Notes: generated by a model not told the origin, from the letters alone. 64,000 bases of DNA from an uncultured Cytophagales bacterium (GCA_963719535.1 CAVRCH010000014.1:51914-115913); one strand, 5' to 3'; shown: positions 1 through 10,154, counted from the stretch's first letter. A program made the numbers and translations.

Positions 1-10
1 AAAACGAATA

Positions 11-211
11 ATGAGTAACGAAGCAGAAAACACACAAAGCTGGCCAGATTTAGCTATTGGCTTATATGACAAATTAACTGGAAGAAACGCTCAGATAAAT
101 TACAACTTTAGCGATCTGGTTATTGGTGTACCTAAAAAAGTTGGTTCAAATGAAAAAACAGAGTGGACTTTAAATGGGCAGTTAAGCATAACTACCACTG
201 AAGCAAAATAA
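11..211 (+). CDS. small hypothetical protein
   Basis: 66-aa ORF with ATG and protein-like composition (WPDLAIGLYDKLTGR); 12 bp upstream of the next ORF. Confidence 0.65.
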   Translation: MSNEAENTQSWPDLAIGLYDKLTGRNAQINYNFSDLVIGVPKKVGSNEKTEWTLNGQLSITTTEAK

Positions 212-223
212 AGTCTCTAACAG

Positions 224-517
224 ATGAAAAAAGTAAAGATTAATGCAGATTTATCAATAGTATCTGAACAGCATCAAATTAGCCTAAACAGTAATGATGA
301 GGTTTTGGAAATTAATATCGTTGGTGAATCTGCCTTTTTTATCCCCTTCAAACAATTAATAAAATTCTATAGATTAAGGACCTTAACAGAGAATATCAGT
401 CAGAAAGTAATAATCAAGAAAAACGACAAAAGCCTGTTCCAGTTGAATGGTGGAAATCTAAAAATCGATAATTATTCTGCCGCTTTTAGAATTTTAATCA
501 AATCAGTTTTTGGTTGA
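224..517 (+). CDS. hypothetical protein
   Basis: 97-aa ORF, co-oriented with 11..211, stop abuts the convergent gene. Confidence 0.55.
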   Translation: MKKVKINADLSIVSEQHQISLNSNDEVLEINIVGESAFFIPFKQLIKFYRLRTLTENISQKVIIKKNDKSLFQLNGGNLKIDNYSAAFRILIKSVFG

Positions 518-2086
518 TTAAAATGTAAACTGTAAACTCATATCTACACTTAAAAAGTCTGGCGCGCTGTTGAAGCTCGCATTATCATTAGTGATATTCA
601 TAAAAGCTTTTTTATAAGTTGGCGTAAGGCTTAAAGAATAATTCTTTGTAAAGTTATAACTAAATTCAACTCCAGCCACTCCACTATAAAATAGATTTTT
701 GTAAGATTGACTTTCGTTATTTTCAAAGGATATTTCAGAAATCTGGTCATCACCCCCTCTTATAGTATTTCGCAACATAATATCTGCAGTTGCTCCAGCC
801 ATCAGCCCAATGCCGAATTTTCTATCTAAAAATTTATACGACACAAGGAGTGGCACAGAAAGAATTTGAAAATCGTTGTATACATTATATTCTGAAGTAA
901 TATTAACAATCTTTCCATCAGCTAATTCTGTAGCATTACTTGCTCCATGATAAGGGAATATTTGGTCACTGTTAATATCTCTAATGACTGCACTACTTTC
1001 CGTAGATGACCTGTAATTACCATATTGTAAGCCTGTTCTTATTTTCAATCTCTCATTTAAGTGAACACCAAAGTGTAATCCAAATGTCATGGAAATATTA
1101 CTTCTTATAGGTGCATTACTCAAATCATCAACTATTTGTCTTTCAGCACTAAATTCTTGTGATGCAGCATCATTGCTTGTTCTTCCGGCAGATCCAGGAG
1201 CGCCTAAGGCCGCAAAACCAGGTTGTGGAGCCCCTGCTGAACTATTCGCATTAGGATTGAAACTTCCTGAACCTACATTAAAAGCAGATTGAAAAGCAAG
1301 ACCTGAACTTTTATTTACTTTATCAAGGTTACTTATGGCAAAATAAGCAACATCTTCTACTTCCACCTCTGGCGTAATAATATTTTCAGCCTCAAAACTA
1401 CCAGGTGCAATATTATCAATTCTATTAATTCCTGCATTGCTAAGTGCAATTGCATTTGGTAAATAATTCTCTCTTTCAGACAAATCATTAATGATGGCTT
1501 TATCTTGTAAATCACTCTCATTTAAAGCTACAGCTAGAGTTTTCTTACTGTAAATTTTCTCATCGTTATCCTGATCTTGATCCGAAAGTAAAAAGTTTTG
1601 ACTATTACTATCTTCGCCAATATTATTTGGCACCACTGCAAATCCTTGCTCATCTGAAATGGCATTTGAAGACTCTTTGAGGTTTTTAATGACTTTAGAA
1701 TTTAGTACTGTTTCGGAAGAGTTAGAAACTTCAGTTTCATTTTCTGTTATCTGTGGCGGGGCGATAATATCAGACTGACTACCGTATAAATTATAATTGG
1801 ATTCATTGCTTTCCACACTGGTGATATCAACAGTCTCTATACTTTGATTGGAACCATTAAAAACTTCTTGTACGTTGAAGTAAATGGACACAGCCGCTAT
1901 TATAAGCACAGCAGCCGCTATATTTCTATAAAATACGGCTGCTTTCTGCATCTTAACATTTTCATGTTTTAATAATGCCCCTTCAATTCCTTCCCATACA
2001 GCATTAGAAGGCTCAATGCCTGATGCATCAAATTTCTTCTTTAATGATTTATTGAAATTATCCTTATCGTTATTGAATTCTTTCAT
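518..2086 (-). CDS. putative dual-membrane-spanning anti-sigma factor (N-terminal anti-sigma domain, TM helix, disordered linker, C-terminal OM beta-barrel)
   Basis: N-terminal PSNAVWEGIE motif, TM helix (IAAAVLIIAAVSIYF), S/N/E/D-rich linker, amphipathic strands ending in Phe; start overlaps the ECF sigma 3' end. Confidence 0.75.
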   Translation of the reverse strand: MKEFNNDKDNFNKSLKKKFDASGIEPSNAVWEGIEGALLKHENVKMQKAAVFYRNIAAAVLIIAAVSIYFNVQEVFNGSNQSIETVDITSVESNESNYNLYGSQSDIIAPPQITENETEVSNSSETVLNSKVIKNLKESSNAISDEQGFAVVPNNIGEDSNSQNFLLSDQDQDNDEKIYSKKTLAVALNESDLQDKAIINDLSERENYLPNAIALSNAGINRIDNIAPGSFEAENIITPEVEVEDVAYFAISNLDKVNKSSGLAFQSAFNVGSGSFNPNANSSAGAPQPGFAALGAPGSAGRTSNDAASQEFSAERQIVDDLSNAPIRSNISMTFGLHFGVHLNERLKIRTGLQYGNYRSSTESSAVIRDINSDQIFPYHGASNATELADGKIVNITSEYNVYNDFQILSVPLLVSYKFLDRKFGIGLMAGATADIMLRNTIRGGDDQISEISFENNESQSYKNLFYSGVAGVEFSYNFTKNYSLSLTPTYKKAFMNITNDNASFNSAPDFLSVDMSLQFTF

Positions 2087-2618
2087 TCCCCCACTTACTT
2101 TGTTTTTCTAAAAAATCCATTAATAATTTTCTTGCCCGTGCATACTGAGATTTTGAAGTCCCTTCGCTTATATTGAGCATTTTTGCTATTTCTTTATGTT
2201 GATACCCTTCTACTGCATACAAGTTAAATATAACCTGACAACCGGTTGGAAGCTTTTGAACCAGGTCCATCAAATCTTCCAAAGCCAAATTTTCCACTGA
2301 AACAGCACTTAAGCCATCTTTCATATCATCAACATCCACCATAGGATATAAATAAAGCTTATTTCTTTGGTGGTTTAGAGCCGTATTGATGACTATTCTT
2401 TTAATCCAATACCCTAAACTTGAATCCTCTCTAAAGTTTTTTATACTTTGAAACACTTTTATAAAACCCTCCTGTAATATATCTTCTGCCTCTTGCGTTG
2501 ATTTAGAATATCGCGTAGCGACTACCATCATGCCCGAGGCAAATTGTTTATAAAGGTCGTACTGACACTTTCTGTCGCCTTTTTGGCAACCAGATATAAG
2601 TTCTTTGGTTGTTGGCAT
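2070..2618 (-). CDS. ECF-family RNA polymerase sigma factor
   Basis: EAEDILQEGFIKVF region 2, WIKRIVIN, region 4 HKEIAKMLNISEGTSKSQYARAR. Confidence 0.95.
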   Translation of the reverse strand: MPTTKELISGCQKGDRKCQYDLYKQFASGMMVVATRYSKSTQEAEDILQEGFIKVFQSIKNFREDSSLGYWIKRIVINTALNHQRNKLYLYPMVDVDDMKDGLSAVSVENLALEDLMDLVQKLPTGCQVIFNLYAVEGYQHKEIAKMLNISEGTSKSQYARARKLLMDFLEKQSKWGNERIQ

Positions 2619-2647
2619 AGTGAAACCAAAAGGATTCGTGTATATTT

Positions 2648-2673
2648 AGACACAAAATACAAATTAATGGTTG
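2648..2673 (-). promoter_or_regulatory. candidate ECF autoregulatory promoter (CAACC-N16-TGTCT)
   Basis: minus strand reads TCCAACC-16 nt-TGTCTAA about 30 bp upstream of the sigma ORF; resembles the ECF AAC/GTC consensus. Confidence 0.4.
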
Positions 2674-3998
2674 GAATCAAGAATAAAATAAAGCAAATAT
2701 TATTGGCAACAGCCACAGTACTAATTGTAAAAGCATGTGTTCCTCTTCAACCCACAAGCACTAACAGTGGTAATAGTACAGCCAGGGTTAACTATCCCCA
2801 ACTATCATACATTAACACTACTTATGATCCTACTATAAAAACTGTACAAATCGCACATTTCAAAAATGGTAGTTTTGTAAGCGCTAATAACCCTATTGTG
2901 GAGCTTGGCTCATCAGAAAGACTGGTTTTAAGTTTTGATGATATAAATGAGCAACAAATGCTTTATCAGGCCAGAATAATCCATATGAATAAAGACTGGA
3001 CAAGTAAAAGCAATCTGCAATCTTTGGATTATTTAGATGATTTTAATCAGTTTAGCATTAGAGATTTTGAATATTCTTTTGACACCAAAATGTCTTATGT
3101 TCATTACACACTAACTCTTCCACAGGTAAATATATCAGGCAATTATTTATTAGTAGTTTATAGAGGTAATAATGAAGAGGATATTGTGCTTAGCGAAAGA
3201 TTTATGGTTTATGAAGATAAGGCGGGAATAGCCTATGAAATTATACCTTCAAACGTTGTTATGCAACGTAGAACACATCAAGAACTTACATTTGACATCC
3301 TACTCAATCAAATAAATGTTATAAACACAGGATCTGACATATATCCTCAAGTTAGACAAAATAGCAACTGGCTCACCGTAAAAAAACCCAAAGATCCCAT
3401 GAGGATCACTAACCAAAACAAGAAATTAGAATATGAATTCTATAATGGGGAACTTAATTTTCAGGGAATAAATGAATTCAGATTTATAGATATAACCACT
3501 GTAAACTTTAGGGGGGCCAACATTCTTAACATAGATAAAGACAAAAAACCTATTACCGCCTTAGCCGAAATTGATAATAATAGGTCGTCTGAAGCTTATA
3601 GAGAATGGAATGATAGAAACGGTGCTTTTATCATTGGAAATAGGGAAAGACAAACGGATGAATTGGTAAATGATTATTTCGAAACAACTTTCCAACTTGA
3701 AGCTCCACAACAAAGCAACAACATATATATAATTGGCGAATTCAACAATTGGGAAATAAATGAAAAAAGCAAAATGAAATTCAATCCAAATATTGGAAGA
3801 TATCAAAACCAATATTTATTGAAACAGGGCTACTATGAATATATTTATTATAGAGAAGGCGAAAATAATTATCAATACGATGGTAATTATATCGACACAG
3901 AGAACGAGTACGATATTTTAGTTTATTATGCCAACCAACAATTAAGATATGATCGCCTTATAGGATATGCTAAGTTTAACTCGCGAGCTGCCCGGTAA
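2667..3998 (+). CDS. DUF5103-type lipoprotein (type IX secretion plug-like)
   Basis: likely start ATG 2667 giving lipobox LIVKAC; ISGNYLLVVY, NEFRFID, LLKQGYYEYIY and TENEYDILVYY motifs. Confidence 0.75.
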   Translation: MVGIKNKIKQILLATATVLIVKACVPLQPTSTNSGNSTARVNYPQLSYINTTYDPTIKTVQIAHFKNGSFVSANNPIVELGSSERLVLSFDDINEQQMLYQARIIHMNKDWTSKSNLQSLDYLDDFNQFSIRDFEYSFDTKMSYVHYTLTLPQVNISGNYLLVVYRGNNEEDIVLSERFMVYEDKAGIAYEIIPSNVVMQRRTHQELTFDILLNQINVINTGSDIYPQVRQNSNWLTVKKPKDPMRITNQNKKLEYEFYNGELNFQGINEFRFIDITTVNFRGANILNIDKDKKPITALAEIDNNRSSEAYREWNDRNGAFIIGNRERQTDELVNDYFETTFQLEAPQQSNNIYIIGEFNNWEINEKSKMKFNPNIGRYQNQYLLKQGYYEYIYYREGENNYQYDGNYIDTENEYDILVYYANQQLRYDRLIGYAKFNSRAAR

Positions 3999-4755
3999 AA
4001 TAAGGAACGGTTTTACTTCCAGGTATAACTGTCGCTAAATCTAGCATCCCAAAACCTTTTTCACTAAATAGCCCTAGTCCACACTCAAAAAGGAATTGAT
4101 GTAGTTCAATAGGTGCTGTTAATATAAATGGAAAAGTATAACCCCGTACCTCATAAGGAATATCTTGATCGAAGAGAGGATAAACGCGTGAGTATTTTTT
4201 TCCTGCTACCTCTAACTTTTTTAAATATTCCTCATCTGGTCTGAAATCAAAGTCATTACCTAAAGAAATATCTGTTTTCTGAGTAATAGATTGAACTAAT
4301 AGATCTTTAAACTCTTCAGATTGAGGGTGTATGAACCGCTTTGCTAAATCATCAGAAAATTCGGGTCGGAGTAAAACCAATGGAGAAATACAGATATATT
4401 TCATTTCCTCACTAAATTCAATCTCAGGTTCCATTTCCACAGAATGCGGAATAATAGAAAGCCCATTTAGTTTAATTTCAGGTAAAGAAAATAAAACTTG
4501 AATAATAGAATCAATAAACTGTTTGTCCTGACAAGAAAATACTACTGTTATTTTAGAACTGTAGAAATGTAGCCCTGATTTACTAACAGTAGTTTGACCT
4601 TTCAATCCAGAAAAGTTATAGTGAGTAAATTCACTATACGATTCATCTCCACATTTTTTAATCAAACCTTTAAAAAATCTGAATAAATAATACTGGTGAT
4701 GAAAGGGAACTGAAGCCCCTTTGTCTTTATTTTTAAAAATTAATCTAACTCTCAC
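3976..4755 (-). CDS. cas6: CRISPR-associated endoribonuclease Cas6 (stand-alone)
   Basis: VPFHHQY N-terminus, YNFSGL, CISPLVL, and C-terminal Gly-rich loop GLGLFSEKGFGML typical of Cas6 RAMP proteins. Confidence 0.85.
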   Translation of the reverse strand: MRVRLIFKNKDKGASVPFHHQYYLFRFFKGLIKKCGDESYSEFTHYNFSGLKGQTTVSKSGLHFYSSKITVVFSCQDKQFIDSIIQVLFSLPEIKLNGLSIIPHSVEMEPEIEFSEEMKYICISPLVLLRPEFSDDLAKRFIHPQSEEFKDLLVQSITQKTDISLGNDFDFRPDEEYLKKLEVAGKKYSRVYPLFDQDIPYEVRGYTFPFILTAPIELHQFLFECGLGLFSEKGFGMLDLATVIPGSKTVPYFTGQLAS

Positions 4756-4922
4756 AACCCCTTTATTTAGATATTTTATACAATGCGTACACTAAAAATG
4801 TTTAAAATTTTTACACATTTTTTTTCAAAACCATCTTTAAAACACTGTAGCTCATGTTGTAGGTACGGAAAATCAAAGATTAAAGATTGATAATCAAAAC
4901 TTTGAAAAGCCTCTAAAAATAA

Positions 4923-4954
4923 AAAAGATGGGAGAATTAAATCAACCCATCTTT
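4923..4954 (-). terminator. intrinsic terminator after ychF
   Basis: hairpin AAAGATGGG...CCCATCTTT followed by a T-tract on the minus strand. Confidence 0.65.
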
Positions 4955-4976
4955 AAAATTTATAATTTTTTATAAA

Positions 4977-6074
4977 TTAAACATTAAATCTGAAATGCAT
5001 AATATCACCATCTTTCACTACATATTCCTTTCCTTCTATGGACATCTTGCCAGCCTCTTTACAGGCTAATTCAGTCCCGTATTTTTCATAATCTGTCAGC
5101 TTAATGACTTCCGCTTTAATAAACCCCTTTTCAAAATCTGTATGAATTACACCAGCTGCTGCAGGTGCCTTCCATCCTCTTTTGATAGTCCATGCACGTA
5201 CTTCCTGTACGCCTGCAGTAAAGTAGGTAATTAAATCAAGTATATGATAAGAAGCACTAATCAATTTATTTAAACCAGATTCTTTAAGCCCATACTCTGA
5301 AAGAAACAACTCTTTTTCTTCAGGCTCCTCAAATTCAGCAATTTGTGCCTCAATGGCTGCACTTACTACAATTACTTCGGCCCCTTCGTCTTTTACATAT
5401 TCCTTAAATTTATCTACCAAAGCGTTGCCTGAAACCGCTGAAGACTCTTCTACATTAGTTGCGTAAATTACAGGCTTATCCGTTAGAAGCATTAAATCCC
5501 TGATAGGCTCTTTTTCATCTTTAGTCATCACTAAAGTTCTGGCATTTTTACCTGCCTCAAGAGTTTCTTTATATTTAGTTAGAATAGTGAGTTCTTGTCT
5601 GGCCTTAGCATCGCCCGATTTAGCCATTTTTTCAACTTTCTGAATTTTCTTTTCAACAGATTCTAAATCTTTCAATTGCAGTTCTGTATCAATAATATCT
5701 TTATCGGCAATAGGGTTTACTCTTCCAGCTACATGGGTAATATTATCATCTTCAAAGCAACGCACCACATGCACAATGGCATCAACCTCTCTAATATTGG
5801 CCAAAAATTTATTCCCTAGCCCCTCTCCTTTGCTCGCACCTTCTACAAGGCCTGCTATATCAACAAACTCAATAATTGTTGGCACCACCTTATTAGGTTT
5901 AACCAACTTCTCCAGAATACCTAATCGTTCGTCTGGCACACTTATTACACCCACATTGGGTTCAATTGTACAAAAAGGAAAATTTGCTGCCTCAGCTTTT
6001 GCATTAGATAATGCATTGAATAAAGTGGATTTGCCCACATTAGGTAAACCTACGATACCACATCTTAAACCCAT
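4977..6074 (-). CDS. ychF: redox-regulated ATPase YchF
   Basis: GIVGLPNVGKSTLFN, ANFPFCTIEPN, DIAGLV, TGS domain ending DIMHFRFNV. Confidence 0.98.
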   Translation of the reverse strand: MGLRCGIVGLPNVGKSTLFNALSNAKAEAANFPFCTIEPNVGVISVPDERLGILEKLVKPNKVVPTIIEFVDIAGLVEGASKGEGLGNKFLANIREVDAIVHVVRCFEDDNITHVAGRVNPIADKDIIDTELQLKDLESVEKKIQKVEKMAKSGDAKARQELTILTKYKETLEAGKNARTLVMTKDEKEPIRDLMLLTDKPVIYATNVEESSAVSGNALVDKFKEYVKDEGAEVIVVSAAIEAQIAEFEEPEEKELFLSEYGLKESGLNKLISASYHILDLITYFTAGVQEVRAWTIKRGWKAPAAAGVIHTDFEKGFIKAEVIKLTDYEKYGTELACKEAGKMSIEGKEYVVKDGDIMHFRFNV

Positions 6075-6086
6075 GAATGATTTTAT

Positions 6087-7178
6087 TTAATTTTGAAAAA
6101 TCTTATACTGCTTGTATCCTCTGTACAGCTCAATAAAAACTACCCTTATCACCGTATAAACAGGGATTGCGGCAATCATACCTAAAACTCCTGCCAAGGA
6201 TGCGCCTGCAAAGATAATAACAAATATTTCTAAAGGATGCGCTTTTACACTTTTTGAAAAAATGAGTGGCTGCAATAAAATATTATCTGTTATTTGCACC
6301 ACTGCAAAAACAGAAACAATTTTCACCACCAAAAACAATAGTTCATTATTAAATTCAAATATTCCACCTGTAGTAACACCCACAATTATACCAAAAATAC
6401 TTCCTAAGATGGGGCCAGCATAAGGAATTAGATTAGCTACTGCGGCAAAAACTGCTATAGTGATGGCATATTTTATACCGAAAATACTTAAACCTACCGA
6501 AGCAATTGTAAATATGGCTATCATCTGAAATAAAAGTCCTAAGAGGTAATTACTTAATAAGCTTTCAATCTTATAAATGGCTCCGATCGATACTTCAAAA
6601 TATTTATTGGGAATGAATGAAATGAATCTTCTACGGACAAAACCCTTTTCAAATAACATAAAAAATGAAATGAAAGAAACTGCCAAAATACCCACAAAGA
6701 AACTTCCTGTTATAGAGATTAACTTATTAATCAATTGACTCACATCAACAGATTGCACAAAATTTAAAATATTATCCCTAAGGGTATTGATGATAAATCC
6801 GGTTTCTTTAAAGTTAGGAATTGTATTAATTAAAAAATATTCAATTGATTGAATAGGCTCCGAGATTTTTTGATAAAGTGTATCGTAATCTAAAGCACTT
6901 AGTATTTTAATTTGGTCAGAAACTAAAGGAATAAATAAACCAACAAAAGCTGTTAAGAAAATAATAAGTACCAGAAACGATACTAAAACTGCTAAAAATC
7001 GAGGAAGATTATAACCGTAAAAATATAAACTATCCAAATAATTAGTAAGAGGCCTGAGGATAGTTGTTACAATTAAAGATATAGTTATATAGATAACAAT
7101 ATCAGGAAAAAGTAAGCTTACTGAAAATAATATAGATATACCTCCCAGGAGATAGAAAATGGGTCTTAGTCTGTTCAC
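6087..7178 (-). CDS. AI-2E family transporter
   Basis: multi-TM protein with NLIPYAGP, QITDNILLQP and KAHPLEI...G.LAGVLGMIAAIP motifs. Confidence 0.9.
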   Translation of the reverse strand: MNRLRPIFYLLGGISILFSVSLLFPDIVIYITISLIVTTILRPLTNYLDSLYFYGYNLPRFLAVLVSFLVLIIFLTAFVGLFIPLVSDQIKILSALDYDTLYQKISEPIQSIEYFLINTIPNFKETGFIINTLRDNILNFVQSVDVSQLINKLISITGSFFVGILAVSFISFFMLFEKGFVRRRFISFIPNKYFEVSIGAIYKIESLLSNYLLGLLFQMIAIFTIASVGLSIFGIKYAITIAVFAAVANLIPYAGPILGSIFGIIVGVTTGGIFEFNNELLFLVVKIVSVFAVVQITDNILLQPLIFSKSVKAHPLEIFVIIFAGASLAGVLGMIAAIPVYTVIRVVFIELYRGYKQYKIFQN

Positions 7179-7210
7179 AGCACTAAGTTAATATTAAATT
7201 AAGAAAATAA

Positions 7211-7235
7211 AGCTCCTTTTTAAATAAGAGGAGCT
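7211..7235 (-). terminator. intrinsic terminator after DUF3276 gene
   Basis: AGCTCCT...AGGAGCT hairpin with a T-rich tail on the minus strand. Confidence 0.6.
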
Positions 7236-7252
7236 ATTGAAAGGCGAATTTC

Positions 7253-7588
7253 TTACCAGGACATGTTATCCCCTTCGTTTTCATTATCATTTTCACTATA
7301 TTCCCTATCGAATTGAGTGAAATCAAACTCAGGCATTAACTCAGTTTTGATATGATCTACACTTTCCGTTAGTGCTGACAAAAATTTATTAAAATCCTCT
7401 TTATAAAGAAAGATTTTATGCTTTTCATAGCTAAAGCCATCTTCTTTATATTTACGCTTACTTTCAGTTATAGTAACATAGTAATCGTTTGATTTGGTTG
7501 ATTTTACATCAAAAAAATAGGTTCTCTTTCCTGCTCTAACTCTTTTTGAAAAAATTTCTTCTTGTTCTCTTTCCATGTGCTCTTTCAC
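7253..7588 (-). CDS. DUF3276 / PUR-family nucleic-acid-binding protein
   Basis: FSKRVRAGKRTYFFDVK...YVTITESK...KHKIFLYKEDF signature. Confidence 0.9.
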   Translation of the reverse strand: MKEHMEREQEEIFSKRVRAGKRTYFFDVKSTKSNDYYVTITESKRKYKEDGFSYEKHKIFLYKEDFNKFLSALTESVDHIKTELMPEFDFTQFDREYSENDNENEGDNMSW

Positions 7589-7723
7589 TTCTCGTAGGAT
7601 AAATATTTGATTGTTTTTTCGTTATTGAAACTAAATATAGTATAATCAATTTCATATTTGCAAATTGTACTTAGTAATTTGCAGAAACTTAACTTAGACT
7701 TAAAATCAAAACGGTTATAAATA

Positions 7724-8629
7724 ATGGATATATCTTTAGAGAAATTACCCGAAATTCCATCTCTGGATCTACTGGCTAAACAATTGGTGGAAGGCTTTAT
7801 AACCGGCTTGCATAAATCGCCCTTTCATGGTTTTTCTGTAGAATTTGCTGAACATAGATTGTACAATACCGGTGAAAGCACCAGACATATAGATTGGAAG
7901 GTATTCGCAAAAACAGACAGGTTATATACAAAGAGGTATGATGAGGAAACCAATTTAAGAGCTTACATACTCTTAGACAGCAGCACTTCCATGTATTATC
8001 CTGAAAAGAACTATGGTAAAATAAGGTTCAGCATTTTAGCTGCTGCTTCGCTAGCCTACTTATTGCAAAAACAACGCGATGCAGTGGGTCTTATCACTTT
8101 TTCGGATAAAATAAACACTTTCACAGAAGTAAAATCTACCCGAGCTCACCTGCAAAACATTTTTTTACATCTACAAAGCTTATTATTGGTAGACCCAAAG
8201 AAGGAGAACACGGAATTAAGCCAAACTTTACATGTGGTGGCTGAAAAAATCCATAAAAGGTCACTCATTATCATATTTAGTGATTTGATGACTCAGGCTG
8301 ATCAACTAGAAGATTTCTTCAAGTCCATTCAGCACGTTAAACACAATAAACATGAGGTACTCTTTTTTCAGGTAAACGATCCCTCAACGGAATTGGCATT
8401 TGAAATGGAGGATAGACCGTATTTATTTGAAGATTTAGAGACTGGTGAGCAAATGAAATTAAACCCTAATCAGGTAAAAGATTTCTATAAAGAAAAAGCT
8501 AATGCGTATTATAAAGAAATTGAGATGAAATGCCACCAATATAAAATTGACTTAACTAAAATAAACATAGAAGAAGACCTTCAAAAAGTATTAGGGAGCT
8601 TTTTGATTAAGAGGAGTAAAATGAGGTAA
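7724..8629 (+). CDS. DUF58 (MoxR-associated, vWA-like) protein
   Basis: GLHKSPFHGFSVEFAEHRLY, RHIDWK, LDSSTSM, IIFSD. Confidence 0.92.
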   Translation: MDISLEKLPEIPSLDLLAKQLVEGFITGLHKSPFHGFSVEFAEHRLYNTGESTRHIDWKVFAKTDRLYTKRYDEETNLRAYILLDSSTSMYYPEKNYGKIRFSILAAASLAYLLQKQRDAVGLITFSDKINTFTEVKSTRAHLQNIFLHLQSLLLVDPKKENTELSQTLHVVAEKIHKRSLIIIFSDLMTQADQLEDFFKSIQHVKHNKHEVLFFQVNDPSTELAFEMEDRPYLFEDLETGEQMKLNPNQVKDFYKEKANAYYKEIEMKCHQYKIDLTKINIEEDLQKVLGSFLIKRSKMR

Positions 8630-8650
8630 TTTTTTATTTTTAAGTTATCT

Positions 8651-8694
8651 GTAACAATGGTTACAATTAGCAAATTATCAACCACGTATATTTG
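8651..8694 (+). promoter_or_regulatory. GTAAC-N4-GTTAC operator plus -7 element
   Basis: GTAACAATGGTTAC (8651-8664), 22 bp, TATATTTG (8687-8694). Confidence 0.8.
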
Positions 8695-8726
8695 AAGAAT
8701 ATTTAAAGTTATTAAAAAAAAATGTT

Positions 8727-10142
8727 ATGCATATAGAACAAATATATACAGGATGCTTAGCTCAGGGAGCTTATTACATAGAAAGCAATGGTGAGGCAGC
8801 AATAATAGATCCTTTAAGAGAGTCAGCTCCTTATATTGAAAAAGCTGAAAAAAGAGGAGCCAAAATAAAGTATATTTTTGAAACACATTTTCATGCTGAT
8901 TTTGTATCGGGTCATGTTGATTTAGCCGAAAAAACAGGCGCTACCATTATTTATGGTCCTGGTGCAAAAACAGATTTTAAATTGCACGAAGCTGCAGATG
9001 GTGAAGAGTTCAAATTAGGTGAGGTAAAAATAAAAGTTTTGCACACACCCGGTCACACCATGGAAAGCAGCACCTATTTACTAATTGATAAAGATGGTAA
9101 AGAAAACGCAATATTTAGTGGAGACACCCTGTTTATTGGGGATGTGGGCAGGCCTGATTTGGCTCAAAAAGCAGGAAGCATTACCCAGGAAGACTTAGCC
9201 GGATGGTTATATGACAGCCTGCGTAATAAAATAATGACACTGCCTGATGAGGTAATTGTTTACCCTGCTCATGGTGCCGGGTCTGCCTGTGGTAAAAATA
9301 TGAGTAAAGAAACATCTGACACTTTAGGCAATCAAAAGGAAACAAATTATGCATTACGAGCAGATATGTCTAAGGAAGAGTTTATTAAAGAAGTAACCGA
9401 TGGTTTGCTTCCTCCGCCTCAATATTTTGCGCAAAATGTCGCTATGAACAAGTCTGCGGATACAAGTGGTTTAGATAGCATATTGGAAAAAGGAAATGTG
9501 CCCTTAGATGCAGATACTTTTGAAGGAATTGCGAATCATGAAGGTGCTTTAGTTTTAGATACCAGACATCAGGACGAATTTGAGAAAGCTCATATTCCTA
9601 ACTCGATTTTTATTGGTATTGATGGTAGCTTTGCTCCATGGGTAGGTGCGCTTATTCCTGATTTACAGCAACCCATTATCTTTTTGGCAGATGAAGGCAG
9701 AGAAGAGGAAATCGTAACTCGTTTATCAAGAGTTGGTTACGACAATACATTAGGCTTCCTCAAAGGTGGAATTGCAGCCTGGAAAACTGCTGGTAAAGAA
9801 GTAGATCATGTAAAATCTATTTCAGCAGAAGATTTTGCAAAGGATTATAAAGGAAATAAATTAAATGTGGTAGACGTAAGAAAGCCAAGTGAATTTGATG
9901 CGGAGCATATTTCAAACGCTATCAATTTACCTTTAGATTTCATCAATGAAAATTTTGAAAACTTAGAAGAAGAGGCCTCTTACCACATCCATTGCCAAAG
10001 CGGATACCGATCAATGATTGCAGCCTCTATTTACAAATCAAGAGGAATTCACGACCTAGTGAATATTTCAGGTGGCATTAAAGCAGTTCTTGAAACTGAT
10101 GTACCAACCACTGAATATGTTTGTCCATCCACTCTAAAATAA
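8727..10142 (+). CDS. MBL-fold persulfide dioxygenase fused to two rhodanese domains (CstB-like)
   Basis: ETHFHADF, HTPGHT, GDTLFIGDVGRPDL, PAHGAGSACGK; C-terminal rhodanese loop HCQSGYRS. Confidence 0.88.
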   Translation: MHIEQIYTGCLAQGAYYIESNGEAAIIDPLRESAPYIEKAEKRGAKIKYIFETHFHADFVSGHVDLAEKTGATIIYGPGAKTDFKLHEAADGEEFKLGEVKIKVLHTPGHTMESSTYLLIDKDGKENAIFSGDTLFIGDVGRPDLAQKAGSITQEDLAGWLYDSLRNKIMTLPDEVIVYPAHGAGSACGKNMSKETSDTLGNQKETNYALRADMSKEEFIKEVTDGLLPPPQYFAQNVAMNKSADTSGLDSILEKGNVPLDADTFEGIANHEGALVLDTRHQDEFEKAHIPNSIFIGIDGSFAPWVGALIPDLQQPIIFLADEGREEEIVTRLSRVGYDNTLGFLKGGIAAWKTAGKEVDHVKSISAEDFAKDYKGNKLNVVDVRKPSEFDAEHISNAINLPLDFINENFENLEEEASYHIHCQSGYRSMIAASIYKSRGIHDLVNISGGIKAVLETDVPTTEYVCPSTLK

Positions 10143-10154
10143 TTCATTTCATTT

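Noticed and set aside
2544-2666. N-terminal extension of the DUF5103 ORF
   Set aside because: It overlaps the divergent sigma gene; ATG 2667 gives a proper lipoprotein signal.
4756-4976. CRISPR leader or mini-array next to cas6
   Set aside because: Only a short ccatctttaaaa duplication and the ychF terminator; no regularly spaced repeats.
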